Positions 1 to 12,610 of a stretch of 64,000 bases of DNA are shown one piece after another (the first letter of the stretch is position 1; each line of letters begins with the position of its first letter). The position numbers and the translations under genes are program-made. Below the pieces are notes generated by a model that was not told where the DNA came from, ran no database searches, and saw only the letters and a list, made by a program, of their open reading frames with translations. Source of the DNA: Lama guanicoe (lineage: Eukaryota); assembly GCA_013239625.1 (NCBI GenBank), contig MU054220.1, forward strand, positions 6,791,367-6,855,366. Reading direction: 5' to 3'.

Positions 1-330
1 TTGAAAAAGATGAGAAACCCAGTGACACAGAAACACAGAGAAGAAAGAAGAGCGTATTCACTAATGTCAATTAATGCTGAAGGATCAAGTGAAATGAGGA
101 CAGATAAGTGAACAATGGATTGGTCCACACAAAGGTCACTGGTAACCTGGACAACAGTGATTTCAGTGAACAAGTTGAAATGGAAATCAGTGCTGAGTCT
201 GGTAGAGAATAAATAGGAAAGAAGAAAATGGAAGTAATGTATAGGGACAAAATTCTTAAAGGGTTTTGCTGTGAAGGGAAATAAAGAAAGAAGTAGCTGA
301 AAAGGATGTGAATTAAAGGAGGAGTTGTTT
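1..330 (-). mobile_element. LINE L2 fragment
   Basis: Resembles the antisense L2 consensus (GATCAAGTGAAATGAGGACAG...AGGTCACTGGTAACCTGGACAACAG...GGTTTTGCTGTGAAGGGAA...GTAGCTGA). Confidence 0.8.
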
Positions 331-559
331 AAATCTTTACTGTGAGCAATCTTATGTCTTCAAACAATTACTTTTTCATATTTTAACCTCGTACAATTCT
401 AAAGGTCACATGAATTTGAAAAAAAATGGAAAGAAAAGTGTGGTCTTCCTACTTCAGGGGGAGTAAGATAAGCAAATCTGAACCAACTGAGTAACAGTCT
501 CCATTTGTGGAGGGTCCACTTTGCAAGACATGATGCAGAACCTGGGGATATGGAGATAC

Positions 560-1740
560 ATGCATTCACTGATTCAAAATGGAATGTTTAATGAGAATCT
601 ACTGATGTCAAGTACTATGCTAGGTGCTTGAGTTTCAATAGTGAAATAAATGAATAAGCAGAAAATATGTATTTCCTTATAAAGCTCTTATTTTAATGGG
701 GAGGAGAGAGATGTATGATAAATAAATAAAGGACTAAAATGAAAAGTTTCAGGCAAAATGTGCTATGAAGAAAAATACAGCAAGGGAGAGCTCTAGGTAG
801 GACTGCAAGGTAAGGAGATGTAGAAATGTTAAAAGGTATAAACAAGAAAACCACAGTAAGAAAGTAACAGTTGAACAAAAATAGGAAGGAGAAACAATCC
901 TGAGAAATACAGATATTTGTGTGAAAATTTAGATCCAGCAGAAGAAACTGCAAATCCAAATGTAAGATCTTTCCAAACCAAGTTTAGAAGGAATTTCAAG
1001 AAAAAGACAGACAGAGAGAGAGTGAGACTGTGTCAGATGCTTCCAGTAAGTTAGCTCTGTAGAATAAAGTCATTCTAGATTTTGATAAGAGTAGCTCAGT
1101 ACTGTGATGGAAGGGAAAGCCTGGTCGGAGTGAGTGCAAGAAAGAAGGGGAAGAAATTAATTGGAGACGGAGGATATAGAAAATTCTTTTGGACAGTGTT
1201 GCTGGAACAGGAAGCAGAGAAATGGGACAGTAGCTGGAAGGTGATGGGGTCTAGAGAGGGATTTTTTTAAAGATAGAACTTTAATAGTATGTCTGCACAC
1301 TGCTAAGAAGTATCCAGCAGAGAGGGTAGAATTTGATGATGAAAAGAGAAAGAATTGTGTGCCTGAAGAGGGGAAGGGGGCTGGGAAGTGATATCAAAGT
1401 GGAAGGTTTGCCAATAGACACACAGGCAGATCAACACTAGTCAGGAAGAAAGACAGGGTGTTTGGATTTAGATAAATGTGGGTATGTGGTATGAGCTGGA
1501 GGAAGTTCTTTCTGATTGATCCTCTTTAGTGGAGGAGAAAGCAAGTTATCAGCTGAGAGAAGTGGAGAAGGAGATTTTGGAATTGAATGAGAGAAGAGAA
1601 GGCACAAAACAGTCATCTAAAGAATGAAAGGACTAGAAATACTACAGGATTGTCTGGAAGCACTGGGTCCCTCTTGAGGTTGGTGGTCTGCATTTTAAGT
1701 GAGATTCTTTTCCAGTTCTGCCCAACTGTGCGGGGGTTGG
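560..1740 (-). mobile_element. LINE L2, 3' end plus internal fragments
   Basis: Antisense L2 tail (CATTCACTGATTCAA...TACTATGCTAGGTGCT) followed by L2 body motifs (GAAAGCCTGGTCGGAGTG, AGCAGAGAAATGGGACAGTAGCTGGA). Confidence 0.75.
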
Positions 1741-2189
1741 TAGGGGAAACAGAGTCTCCCTTCTTTCATAATTACTCGAGAGAGAGAGGAAAAGAAAGCA
1801 TAAACACTTAAACAAAAATTACAGAATTTATACTAAGTTCTACAATCAACTTTCTTCAGATAAAGTGGCAGCTCAGAGTTGAGAGCAAGAATTCTGGCTG
1901 ACTTGGGCGATGGATAAGGGAAGTTTATACATAGAAAGAAATGCTTAAAAATTAATAAATAAGTAGAGAAGTGAATATATATTTCTGAAAATGCTGATAG
2001 ATTCATCATCTTATAAGTTTTACTATCATTATTTTAATCAAAACCAAGATAGGAAGTGAAATTTTTAGTAGTCTGGAAATAGTAATAATAATGCCATATA
2101 TATACATATATAATAACACTATAATGCAAAATGTTATTATATAGTATATTATAATGTACAATATGATATACAATGTAATTTATATTTTC

Positions 2190-2412
2190 ATTATTTGGTT
2201 GCTCTCATTTTATCAGTTGTTACTTCGTGAGCCCTGTGATGGGTTTTCATTAAGTATCACCTCTCATCTCACAAATCTGCATAGCAGCTATTATTATTCT
2301 TTCCATTTTCCAAATAAGGGAACCAGGACACAGGCTGTTAGGTCACTTGCTGACGATTATAGAACTAGTTATGAGCAGAAACAGAATTCAGACTCAGATG
2401 TGTCTGATACTT
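2190..2412 (-). mobile_element. SINE MIR
   Basis: Antisense MIR core (TATTATTATTCTTTCCATTTTCCAAATAAGGGAACCAGG...GAATTCAGACTCAGATGTGTCTGA). Confidence 0.75.
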
Positions 2413-3799
2413 GTTTTCTCAGATAATCAAAGACAGTACTACAGAGCGTGGTATTGGAAACCACCTGCACCTGGGCAAGTCAGGCTCAGAGGCTTTTATC
2501 AGTTCCTTGGAATATGGCACCAGCTGAATGACCCTCTTTAAATTACAGCTTTCTCTTAAGGTCCTATACAAATAGAACAGCATTGTGTAGCTCTTGCCTT
2601 ATGCTGGTTCTCCTAGGTTGAGATTTGAATGTTGAATTACTGTGAACATGTGATGCTGTATCTGAAAACCAGAGATTCAAAAGCAGCAATAAACCCCCAG
2701 GGCAGAGACCTGCAGTGCTTACTGGTTGGATAGTATTTATGAATTAAGAAGATAGCTCTGTTTGTTCTTCAGAATATAGATCTTCACTGCATCACCGGAA
2801 GGGATGGCACGGTCTTCATGGCTTCCATCCTGTCACAGAGAGCTTGGGAGTATACAATTTATTTGTTCCTTTAACAACAAGGTCAATAATGGAGTTATCT
2901 CTTTGAGTCAATCCCATCAATACAGAGAGGAATCGGAGAAAATGAAATAAAGAAACAAATTGTGCGCTCGCAGTTAATTTGTGTCCCTCTGTCCTAAGAG
3001 ATAGACTTTTGATCACAGGGTTTGGGATGATGAAAAAAGCAGAGGTGAGAGCCATCCCTTATAGCCTGTCATGAGACACGTCGCAGCAGCAAGTTACAGT
3101 GTGAAAATCAAATGTCCTGTTGTCTTTGAGACCTGTTGAAATCTGTCTCTGACAGACTGTGAAATTGACTCCTGTAGTTATTGACAACTTGTCAGTGTAC
3201 TGGAGAAACCTGTGTAGGCATGGGGAGTAGCTGTTGAACAAAGTTGAGGAAGGTGCCCAGAAAGTTAGCTGGGTATTTGGAAAACAACCACATTCAGTTT
3301 TCTTAAACTGGTGGAAAGAAAATCAAAAGAAACCGTCCACTTGAGTTGTTAAAAATGTAACATAAATGTAGCTATCTTTGATGAATTCAAGAAAAAAAAT
3401 AAAGAAAGCAGAGATTTTTCTGATTTTTAAAACATTCTTACTCAACCCAAACAAACATTCGGCTTTCTTTTCTTATTTTCTATAATCTAGATTAACTGAA
3501 AGAAATTTTCAACTCAAGGCTGGCTTCATTCTGTCTCTTAGCACACATCTGGAATATGCCTTTTTCCCTACCTCACAGTGCTATGTTTTTGAGAAATAAT
3601 TATTGATTCTAGTAGTAGATATAGCAATCAGATGCATACATTTCTGGGACCAAAATAAAGCAAAATGACCTAAGTCAAAATGCACACAGATATGTGACTC
3701 ATGCATAATTGCATATTGTAATTTTGGGCAAATTTATTAAACATGCCTGCAACATTTATGATCTCACCTGCTTTTCCAGAACCCTGTACCTGCTCCATC

Positions 3800-4368
3800 A
3801 AGAGACAGTTTGCATTTCCACTGTCCCTGAAAAGAAGCAGGTCTTTATGGCTGCCTTAGCACAGATTGCAGTGGAGGTGATGCTGTGTGATTTGAGACTA
3901 AATCAAAAAAGGTGATAGATAACAGCCTTTCTCTTGGGTCATGGGCCATGGGGAGCCCTGAGCTGACATGCAAGAAATCTAGCTTCCCTGAGTCAGCATG
4001 CTGGTGAGATCAGAGATGAGATGGCAGAGCTGGAGCTGGATCTGGGGCCAGACACAAATGGAGACAGAGATGGAGGTGGAGGTGGGGATGGGGATGGGGA
4101 TGGAGATGGAGGGAGGCCTGAGAAATCCTAACTGTTCCATACCACCCTGCTGTTTGCGTTATCCCATCCCAGGTTCCAGTCACACAATCCTGTGACTCTT
4201 CAGATGATTCCAACCCATCTTTGAGCTACCCCAACTGATACCCAGTGGAACAAAATAAGACTTTCTTGAAATGCAGCTTCATGAGCAAGATATATGTGAG
4301 GGTTTTTTTTTTTTTGGACATGAAACTTTGTGGTGACTTATTACCCAGCACTACATAAACAAGAATGG
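3800..4368 (+). mobile_element. MaLR LTR, MLT1G/H-like
   Basis: GTGATGCTGTGTGATTTGAGACTAAATCAAAAAAGG, GGAGCCCTGAGCTGACATGCAAGAA, CTTCAGATGATTCCAACCC and an MLT1-type 3' end (TTTGTGGTGACTTATTACCCAGCA). Confidence 0.75.
4010..4116 (+). repeat. Degenerate hexamer repeat (GAGATG/GGGATG/GAGGTG) inside the MLT1 LTR
   Basis: Directly visible; it explains the MEMEV and HPHPHL ORFs. Confidence 0.85.
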
Positions 4369-4944
4369 TGGTCAACAGTTTTCTCTTTTATTAGTATGAA
4401 TGAGAGAGACTCTATTTATACATCTAGAAATGATGATTACGTAGTAATGAAGGTCAGTAAGTAGGACATTAGGGACTTTGTAGGGTACTGACTTTCACAG
4501 CAGTTCAGTTCTCGTAGGCAAGTAGGAAGGACAGAACAACAGGAAAACTGCTAAATCCTAGGGCCACGCCCTTTCCCTGTGAACATCACAAAACTCTATT
4601 AGCTGAAAGGATCATGTCTCAATAAACAGAATGAATCTGACAATTTTATGATCTTCATACATTTCACATCTATGAACCAATTTAGCAGCAGTGTTACTAA
4701 ACTGAAATTAAATATTGTTTTCCTGAGAATTAGAATCGTGAGAACTATATCTGTGTCCTTTGTGTCATTGTTATGAGGACATGAGGAACAAGATCCCTAG
4801 CCCGGGTATCAGTATGGAGCCTGGGAAGAGAACTTCACTGTAGGTTAAGGTTGGAAATACGTCTTATTTATATTTATGCTCCTGAAGCTAGTAATTAGCA
4901 TACTCAGAATTCCTAATTTCACCTGTGGACACATTTATCACTGA

Positions 4945-5522
4945 AGTAGTTACCTATTCTCAGGATTGCATGCAAGCAGATATTATTTCAGATATTTTAA
5001 TTTATAGGAAACTGAAAAAACAAGTCAACCAGATTTTAAAAAATGAGTAGTTCTCATAATTGAAAACTCCAGAGGGTGTTCTGTCTATAAGTGAAAACTG
5101 ATCCAGAAGCTCAAGTGATGTGAGCAGACCTGATTTTCCTCTCCTCTTTCTACTTCTGCGCTTCAGCCTGAGGATTTGCTTTATTTTCAGCAGCCTTTTC
5201 TCCTGGCTGTCCCAAGATGGCCTTCAGAGAATCCCAAATCTGCATCATTTCTAATCAGTCTCCTCTTCCAGGTACTGAACAAAACTTTTGGTTTTCACTA
5301 AATCAAGTTAGGCGATGTGCATTTCACTAAACCACTTCTGGGGGAAGAGTATTGGGACTGACGATGAGTTTAACCCAGGCGCCAATAGTGGTCATGAAGT
5401 GCAGGAGGTGTTCCCTGCAGCATAGTCTGAACTGAGATGGCTCCTATACTCCCCATGCATTAGAGGACTATCATTATAAGAAGGGGGATTGGACTCTGGG
5501 TGGCCAACCTAGAAACATCTAC
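4945..5522 (-). mobile_element. MaLR LTR, MLT1J/K-like
   Basis: Antisense old-MLT1 motifs: TCTCATAATTGAAAACTCCAGAGGG, GATCCAGAAGCTCAAGTGATG, CCCAAGATGGC, GGACTCTGGGTGGCCAA. Confidence 0.65.
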
Positions 5523-6564
5523 TTGCAAAAGCCACTTAAGAGCAAATCTATTCCAACATCTATTAGGAGCCAGTATGTTTCAATATGTAGAAAAACTAGC
5601 ACTTTTGAGTACGTTAAGATTGCATTTTTAGGAATTACTTTAAGTATTTTTTGACCAATGCAATGCAAATTATTTTTGGGAGTTCTCTACTGCATAAGAG
5701 TTTAGGGATCTTTATAGGCTTTAGAAATAAAGGGAAAAAATAAAAAACTGAGTCCTTTAGACTATCTCCAGTGGTGTCTGCCATAAAAGCTTTGGATGAA
5801 GTAAAGTAGTAATTTGGTGGGGCTTGAGAATTGACTGGCTTATGATTTATCCAACTGCAAGTTAGACTAGCTCAACTGGGTAATGAGAATAATCATAATA
5901 CATGCTTGGGGTGCATAATACACAGAGGAGGAATGAAGGAAGCATCTCCCTTCATTTCTATGAACTTCAGAGCATGCTTATTAGCCAAGTGACTGATGTG
6001 CTACTCTGAGTTCTGCCATTAAACACGAGAGGAACAAGGGTGGTTATGAAACTACTTCAATTAGGTGGTGTATGTCCCAGGGAAGGGAAGAGTTGAAAGA
6101 ATATTTAGGTCACTGGAAAAGTCAGATTTCTTAGAAGCATGTTTTTAAACCAAAGCCTTAGAAATCTTCTGCTACTGAAATACTTCTTATTCCATTGAAT
6201 ATATTTGCATTTTACGTCAGGGTAAGGATGAGCTCAGTGTACAGACAAGTTCATCAAATTTATAAGCAGATGGAGTCTATGAGAAGGTTAGTACTTTTAG
6301 TAAAATTAAGAAAAGGACTCCAGGGAAAAGGAAATAGGAGGAAACTCATGTCATAATTAAAGTTAATTTTTGATCAGTTACTTGATTTTTTTAGGTAGCA
6401 CCAAAAAGTAACAACCTTATAGGCAATCTATAATTATATTTAGAGATAAGGGAGGCAGTCCCTTGAATTTAGTTATTAAAGGGTTTTATGTTTAGCATGA
6501 TAAAACCACACCTGATCAAGATGGTATTTTTTGTTTGACTGGTAGGTTATTTTTTGGTTAAGGA

Positions 6565-6800
6565 GCCACGATGTCAAGTTTGGACCAAGACTGTAGTTTT
6601 TAAACCCTGGTCCTCCCATATGGCAGTGGTGTGACTTTTGAACACATCATTTCAACCTTTCTGTGCCTCCATTTCCTCATGTGTAAGATGAGGATAATAA
6701 CAACGTCTACCTTTGGGGATTAAGAACTAAATCGGCTAATAAGTGCTGTGTGTTTGTAACAGTACCTGCCATACAGTACTTATCACAGAATTGCTAGGTG
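6565..6800 (+). mobile_element. SINE MIR
   Basis: GTGTGACTTTTGAAC...CTGTGCCTCCATTTCCTCATGTGTAAGATGAGGATAATAAC...ACAGTACCTGCCATACAGTA. Confidence 0.85.
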
Positions 6801-6804
6801 TTTA

Positions 6805-7290
6805 ACTGGTAGTTGGCTCGTTACAGAATTTTAGGTTGGAAACCATCTTCTTCCTGCAGAATTTTGAACGACCCGTTTTTACTGTAGATTTTCATATTTT
6901 ATTGAACGTCAATACGATTATAATTTTGAATTCTTTTGGTGTTTTATGTCTTTCCTTTCTCAAAGCATTTAAAGATTTTCGTCTTTTCACCCTGATATTT
7001 TGAAATCCACAAAAATGTTCCTTGGTGTGACCCTGCCTTCAACCACTGTGATGGACACTGAGTGTCCACTAAATCTCAAAGCCAATGTGCTTTATTTCTG
7101 AGAAATTGAATTGAGTTATAACTTGGATTTTTTTTTCTGAGTTTATTCTTCACACATTCTGTAACTCCTATTATTTGGATATTAACCTTCCAAAACTAAT
7201 TCTTAAAATTTCCATCCTTTCTCTCCCATTTTCTTTGTCTTTTGTATTTACTGTTTTGAAATGTTTATTGAAATTTATTCCATAGTCTTT
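6805..7290 (-). mobile_element. Old L1 (HAL1 or L1M ORF1 region) fragment
   Basis: TACAGAATTTTAGGTTGGAAA...AGAATTTTGAA...TTTAAAGATTTTCGTCTTT...TTTCTGAGAAATT resembles antisense HAL1/L1ME. Confidence 0.6.
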
Positions 7291-7579
7291 AATACATGAA
7301 GGGGACTTAGAAAGTTCTTGACATACAGTAGGTGCTAAAGAAATAACAGTTTTCTTTTCTCTCTTCCTTTTTCTGTTCCTCTTTCTCTTTTATCTTCCTG
7401 TTGCTTTTTTTTTTCTCTTCTTCTACATTATTACTACTTCCTAAGCAGTATGTCCAGTTTTGGGTGTTTGATTAAATGCTCTGGTGTTGGTAGTCTGCCT
7501 CTACATCTAGTATATGTGGATTATTGTTTGGCCAAGGAAATACTAAACAACTTAGGCACAAACCAGAATGTTTATTTAA

Positions 7580-7817
7580 ACTATCATTTATTAAACACCC
7601 ACTGTATGGACACAGGGTCTGTCAAATTGGCTTCCTCTAAAGCACTGAAACTGTCATAATAACCTTATAAGATAATTTCAGTCTTATGCAATTTTATAAA
7701 TAAGGACATGAAGGTTCAGGGAGATTGCAAAACTTAGCAAAATTTTAAAACTAGGGTTTGAACTATAACACTTTAGCTTCTAAAACCCATGACTCAATTT
7801 CTACACCATGCTGCTCT
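7580..7817 (-). mobile_element. SINE MIR
   Basis: Antisense MIR core and tRNA-like head (ATTTTATAAATAAGGACATGAAGGTTCAGGGAG...CTACACCATGCTGC). Confidence 0.65.
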
Positions 7818-8418
7818 GACACAGATGTAAATTCCCAAAAGGGCTGACTGTACTGTAGAGGGAAACCAGCCCATCAGCCGTATCTTCGACACATTAGGCT
7901 AATGGCAGATAGGAAGTGTGGGAAATGCACACTCTGTGAGCAACTGTTGTTTACACGGAGTCTTCTGATGTGTGCAGTTGGCCTCACTTCTGAGCCACTG
8001 TGATTTCCCTGGCGTCACCAGCACAGGTCTGACAAGGGTTATAGCAAGATGACCTCTCCTAGTTGGAATTCTCAACAGGGAAGGACGTAAGACGGTGTAA
8101 GCTTCTTGTTCTCCTCAAGTACAAGGATTTTTCATTTCAGTGAACACAGAGGAAAATGAATATGATGGCAAAGAAGCCTGGTGGATGTATAGTCTGGACT
8201 GTTCCTCCCTGTGGCTAATGATGTATTTGAAATGCATTTTCCTCCATATGGGGGAGTGACGTATTTTAATGCACATTCTCCCTTCTTGACCTCCCAATGG
8301 CTTTCCATCAAATGAACTAATATTTATGTATGTGATTAATGCAGGCAAGCCATGAGTTAGAACTGTGGGGAATTTTCATTTATTTATCTATCCATCATTC
8401 CACGTGCTCTGTAACTTC

Positions 8419-8495
8419 TAGGTTGAACCAAGTGAAATTGCATATACTCAACTGTTTATGACCTCAGGAATGGTAATTTCATGTAGTTCAAAATA
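8419..8495. mobile_element. MADE2-like mariner-derived MITE (palindromic, ~77 bp)
   Basis: TAGGTTGAACCAAGTGAAATTGC...GGTAATTTCATGTAGTTCAAAATA: imperfect terminal inverted repeats around GACCT, bounded by TA, as in the MADE2 consensus. Confidence 0.8.
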
Positions 8496-8591
8496 AAACA
8501 TATTACATTTTGATTAAAAGCAGTTGTAAGAGATTAAAAAGTTATTAGCCATAAACATAGATGGTATGAACAAGAAGTTACTTGTTTTTCC

Positions 8592-8890
8592 ATATTTACA
8601 GCAAATCTTTATTGAACACCTACTATGCCTTGGACTCTGAGGATACAGTGGTAAACTGGTAAACTACAGCAAAACAGATGCAGTCCATTCCTACACAGAT
8701 GTTCAAATCTTTTGGAAAAGTCAAAATATCCGTATCCTTAAACCACTGTAGTATGACAAAGAGGCAATTGCCATAAACTGGTATTAGAGTTTGAAAGAGA
8801 ACCAAATGTCTTTCTAAAGGAATTCATAAGAGGTTTTATGAAGGGGGTAATCAACTGGTCCTTGACTATTAGATAGGATTTAATGAGGAA
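8592..8890 (-). mobile_element. LINE L2 3' end
   Basis: ACAGCAAATCTTTATTGAACACCTACTATGCC...GAGGATACAGTGGTAAAC is the antisense L2 tail. Confidence 0.75.
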
Positions 8891-9504
8891 GTGGCCATCA
8901 GTTGGAGGGGAACAGTAAATATGCCTAGGTAGGTGTTTAACTCCTGTGGGACACAGTTAAGAGGCTGGCACATAAATTGTTTCCAGTTGGTCAGAAAGGC
9001 AACATACAGCCAACAACTTTTAATGCAAAGGAGAAGATTATGTGAGTTGACTATAGGTATATACACACTCGCTTTCCTTTATGGAAGAGGAGTAATTCAT
9101 TGTGACTGCCAAAATCCAAAAGGACTTCTCAGTCAAGGCTTCATCTGACTTGCTTAGAAGAATATAATTTACAAGAGTGTACAATGGAGGGAAAGATCTC
9201 TAAGCTGAAGGAAAGCCAGTAGGGAGGTTATGGCAGTGAAGAAGTGAATGGCATATTTAACAGATGAGACCGTGTAGATCATGTGCTCACCGATGATAGA
9301 GGCGAGGCTCTTCACAAACATTGGACTAAACAAAGGAGAGGTTTGATAGTTGGGCAGAACAATTTCTATTATATTCCACTGGGGCATGATTGAAAATGTC
9401 TGATAGAAGGCTACTCTTCCCTGAAAGAGCTGAGACACAGAACTAGAGGAAGATATGCTGGTCAGATGGTTCTTCACCTGTATTAAAATACAATGGCATT
9501 CAGT

Positions 9505-9690
9505 ACGATGTAGTAGAAAGGAAAGTGAGCTTGGAGTTAGAAGATATGGGCAGATTGATTGGTGCTTCTAAAATTTAATTTCCTCAAACATCAAAAAAGA
9601 GTTAATGACACCTGATTTTGACTAGTTCACAAGGTTGTTGTCAAGAATATATGTGAGATAATGATGATAATCTCTCTTAGACAAATGTGA
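9505..9690 (+). mobile_element. SINE MIR (degraded)
   Basis: GTAGTAGAAAGGAAAGTGAGCTTGGAGTTAGAAGA...TTTCCTCA...CACAAGGTTGTTGTCAAGAAT. Confidence 0.6.
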
Positions 9691-10254
9691 AAGTCTGATG
9701 GAGAGGTGGCATGTTAAAGGAGTGAATTTAGGCCGGGATAGATGTCACCAGAGCGATGCCTCTTAGTGAGGAGCCAGTTACTACCCAGGTTCACAGACTA
9801 TGGTCTGGATCAAGGGCGTATCATCTACAGCCACAAGAGAATCTCCCCCTCAGAGCATAAATGCTGTCCCAGCTGAACATTATCATCAGTAATTCCCCAA
9901 GAGGAAGGGACCACAGGTAGGCCGACGACAGTCATACATACTCTGTAGAGATTTTGCATAGTTGTTTATATGGACTTTGCCAGTAGTTCCTTAATCTTTG
10001 TACCACATGGGGCGGACAAGGTGAAGACACCCTCACAGTCAAAGAGCAAAGAGAGATAAAGAAATGAGGCCTAGAAAATGTTGATGCAATTAACGCAATT
10101 AAATGCATTATCTGAGAATCTAGAGAACTTGACACTTGGTTCAATTCTGACGTCAGATTCTGCACTAAGACTTTCTTTGTTCTTTGTCCTCATCTTCCTC
10201 TCCTTCCTCTCTGAAGCTACAAGTTTTGGAATCCTTTAAGGAAGATTACCTTAA

Positions 10255-10420
10255 AACCTTAATTGCACTAGGTTTGTCATTATTGTACAAAGAGGAAATC
10301 TGAGACCAAGGGGTTAAGTGTTTTGCCCAAAGACACCCAGAGTAGTAAGTGGCTATATTAGGACTCAAATTTAGGTCACTGTGATGACAAATTCAGTTAT
10401 CTTTTAACTCTGCTGTGCTC
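10255..10420 (-). mobile_element. SINE MIR
   Basis: GAGGAAATCTGAGACCAAGGGGTTAAGTGTTTTGCCCAAAGACACCCAG...GGACTCAAATTTAGGTC. Confidence 0.8.
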
Positions 10421-10489
10421 TGGCTTATATTTAAAACAGATAACAACTTCCCTGAGTAGTATTTTAGTCCACATTAATAATCAAAACAT

Positions 10490-10935
10490 AATGCCAAGAT
10501 ACTCAAAATGAAACACTACAGAATTGTTTGTGATAAGAGAAAATAATTAGAAAAGAGCAAAGTTAAAAATGCCCATTAATAGGAGATTGATAAAATGAAT
10601 TATAGTAATTGTATAAAGAGAAATATTACATAGTCCTTTCTTTAAAAATTGTGAAATATGGACCTATGTACTTATTGATAGGCAAAGATTTCTAGAATTC
10701 ATCGCTAACGATAACCAAAGCAGAATAATGTGAACAATGTGATTTCATTTTATGAAGATGATATAATACCATATTTGTTTATAAGCATCTAAAATTTCTG
10801 GAAGGATGTAAAAAAAAACCTGCTAATACTAAAAACTTCTCTGGGTGAAGAAAGTGATCATTTTACTTTTATTATGTGTTTATTGTCTTATCATTGATTT
10901 TATTACATCCATAGTATTACTTATATTTTTAAGGA
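10490..10935 (+). mobile_element. L1ME (L1ME4-like) 3' end
   Basis: AATGCCCATTAATAGGAGATTGATAAAATGAATTATAG...TCTGGAAGGATGTAAAAA...TTTTACTTTT. Confidence 0.7.
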
Positions 10936-11989
10936 TTAAAATTAGATCATGCAAATGAGAAAAGTAGTATCTAAGGGGACTCACAGCTTCCAAATTTCAT
11001 GTTTGAAATCAGAGCACCATCTTGCTTTGAACAACTCTAGTACACTATTTCTGAACAAGGCTCCCCTATGGCCAAAATTCAAAACAATTGCATGCATATA
11101 GAGAAATATACGTGCATGTGATGCTACTTTCAGAGTGACAGCTGGGTGGGGGAAACTGGTCAAAGGCTGACCCACACCATATGGACTCACAGATTTCTTG
11201 ATTCCCGCACACAAAGCATTCTTGGCAAGGTCAAGGGCAGGCCAGAAAGTGATCCATTAAACTTTCGCGGTTGATGTGCACTACGTGTGCACTGCAAGTC
11301 AGCATCTTGTACATGCAGACCTATGCTCCAGCCCTTTGTTTAAAGGACACAGATTCTTTCAAGTAAAGAACTGGAAAACTGCATGGATGGGGTGAAATGC
11401 TGACAGTACAGATTGTAGACCCAAATGGAATCCCATTGTTCAGCCTCAAGTTGCAATTTTTGGAAAGAAGATGCTGTAATTACTAATAGTACCTCTAAAC
11501 CTGAGCTTTACTCCTACACACTTTACGGAATTTAGCTAAATAACAATGGTGATATTCTAATTTGTTATTTGTCATTTAGATGGAGTGTAGTGCTGCATAA
11601 TACTTTGTCTTTAGCCAGCAAATACTGAGTCTCTGTTCCCCAGGAAACTTATCATCATCTAAACACATTTTTCTTTTTGATCAAGCTAAATGGCAATCCA
11701 GCTAGAAAATTGTATTTACAGGTAAGGTTAATATTACCTAAAGGATCAAGAGAAACTCTCAATGTCCTAGAAAATACATAATAGCCTCTTAGAGTAGGAT
11801 AAGGTAATTTTTCATCATTTTATTCCCCTTTTACTTGTCTTTTGTAGATGAATCCTAGAAAATTGGAAATATATTTTGATTCCACATCAAAAGTTATCAT
11901 TTTAGTCTGTATAATAAGATATTCTCTTTTTGTTCCTCTTTTCCTAACCTACTAACTGTGGATAATCTTTAAGACTCATAGATCTGCTG

Positions 11990-12610
11990 TTTGAGTCTCT
12001 TTGCTTTAATGGTTTCATTTATGGCCAAAAAGTTCCCTATGATTTCCACATCTACATTGCCAACTAGATTCCCCACCAGGACTCTCCAGGACCTTGCCTT
12101 AATTTGCCACACAATATCTTCTCTCGGATAGATCAGTCATCTGAAACACAACTTTTCAAAGCCAAATTCATTTAGGCTCATTGCCTACCTCAGTGCACCT
12201 CCCTCTATCCATTTTTATTTCCACATCCCAAACAGAGACACTGCTATCTTTCTTGGTTTAGACCTCTGGAGTTATTTTCCACCAGACTTCTTTTCATAAC
12301 TTTTGTTTTTCTCCCAACTCAGCTAATTATCTCCCTTCTTAATTATTTGTCCTTACGTGGCTGTTACAGTTGTTTAAATTTTCATTTTTTAAGAAGCAGC
12401 TGAGAATCATTACATCCAAGTTATTCTCCACTGTCTACCTACTCTTCTATTTTTCCCAGAGATATTGTCCAAGTCCTACAGGGTGTGACATCTGTGATTT
12501 TTATGGTGGCCCATTAAAAATCCTCTTTTTTCTCCCTCTGCTTTCCCAAAACCAGCTATCATATTTAATTCTCATTGTTCCCTTGTTCATACTGACTAAC
12601 CTCCAGAAGT
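11990..12610 (+). mobile_element. Degraded L2 fragment
   Basis: Pyrimidine-rich, with L2-like motifs (CATCTGAAACACAACTTTTCAAAGCCAAATTCAT, CCAAGTCCTA); heavily diverged. Confidence 0.4.

Noticed and set aside
3998-4213. His-Pro and Met-Glu repeat ORFs on both strands
   Set aside because: Translation of the hexamer repeat inside an MLT1 LTR.
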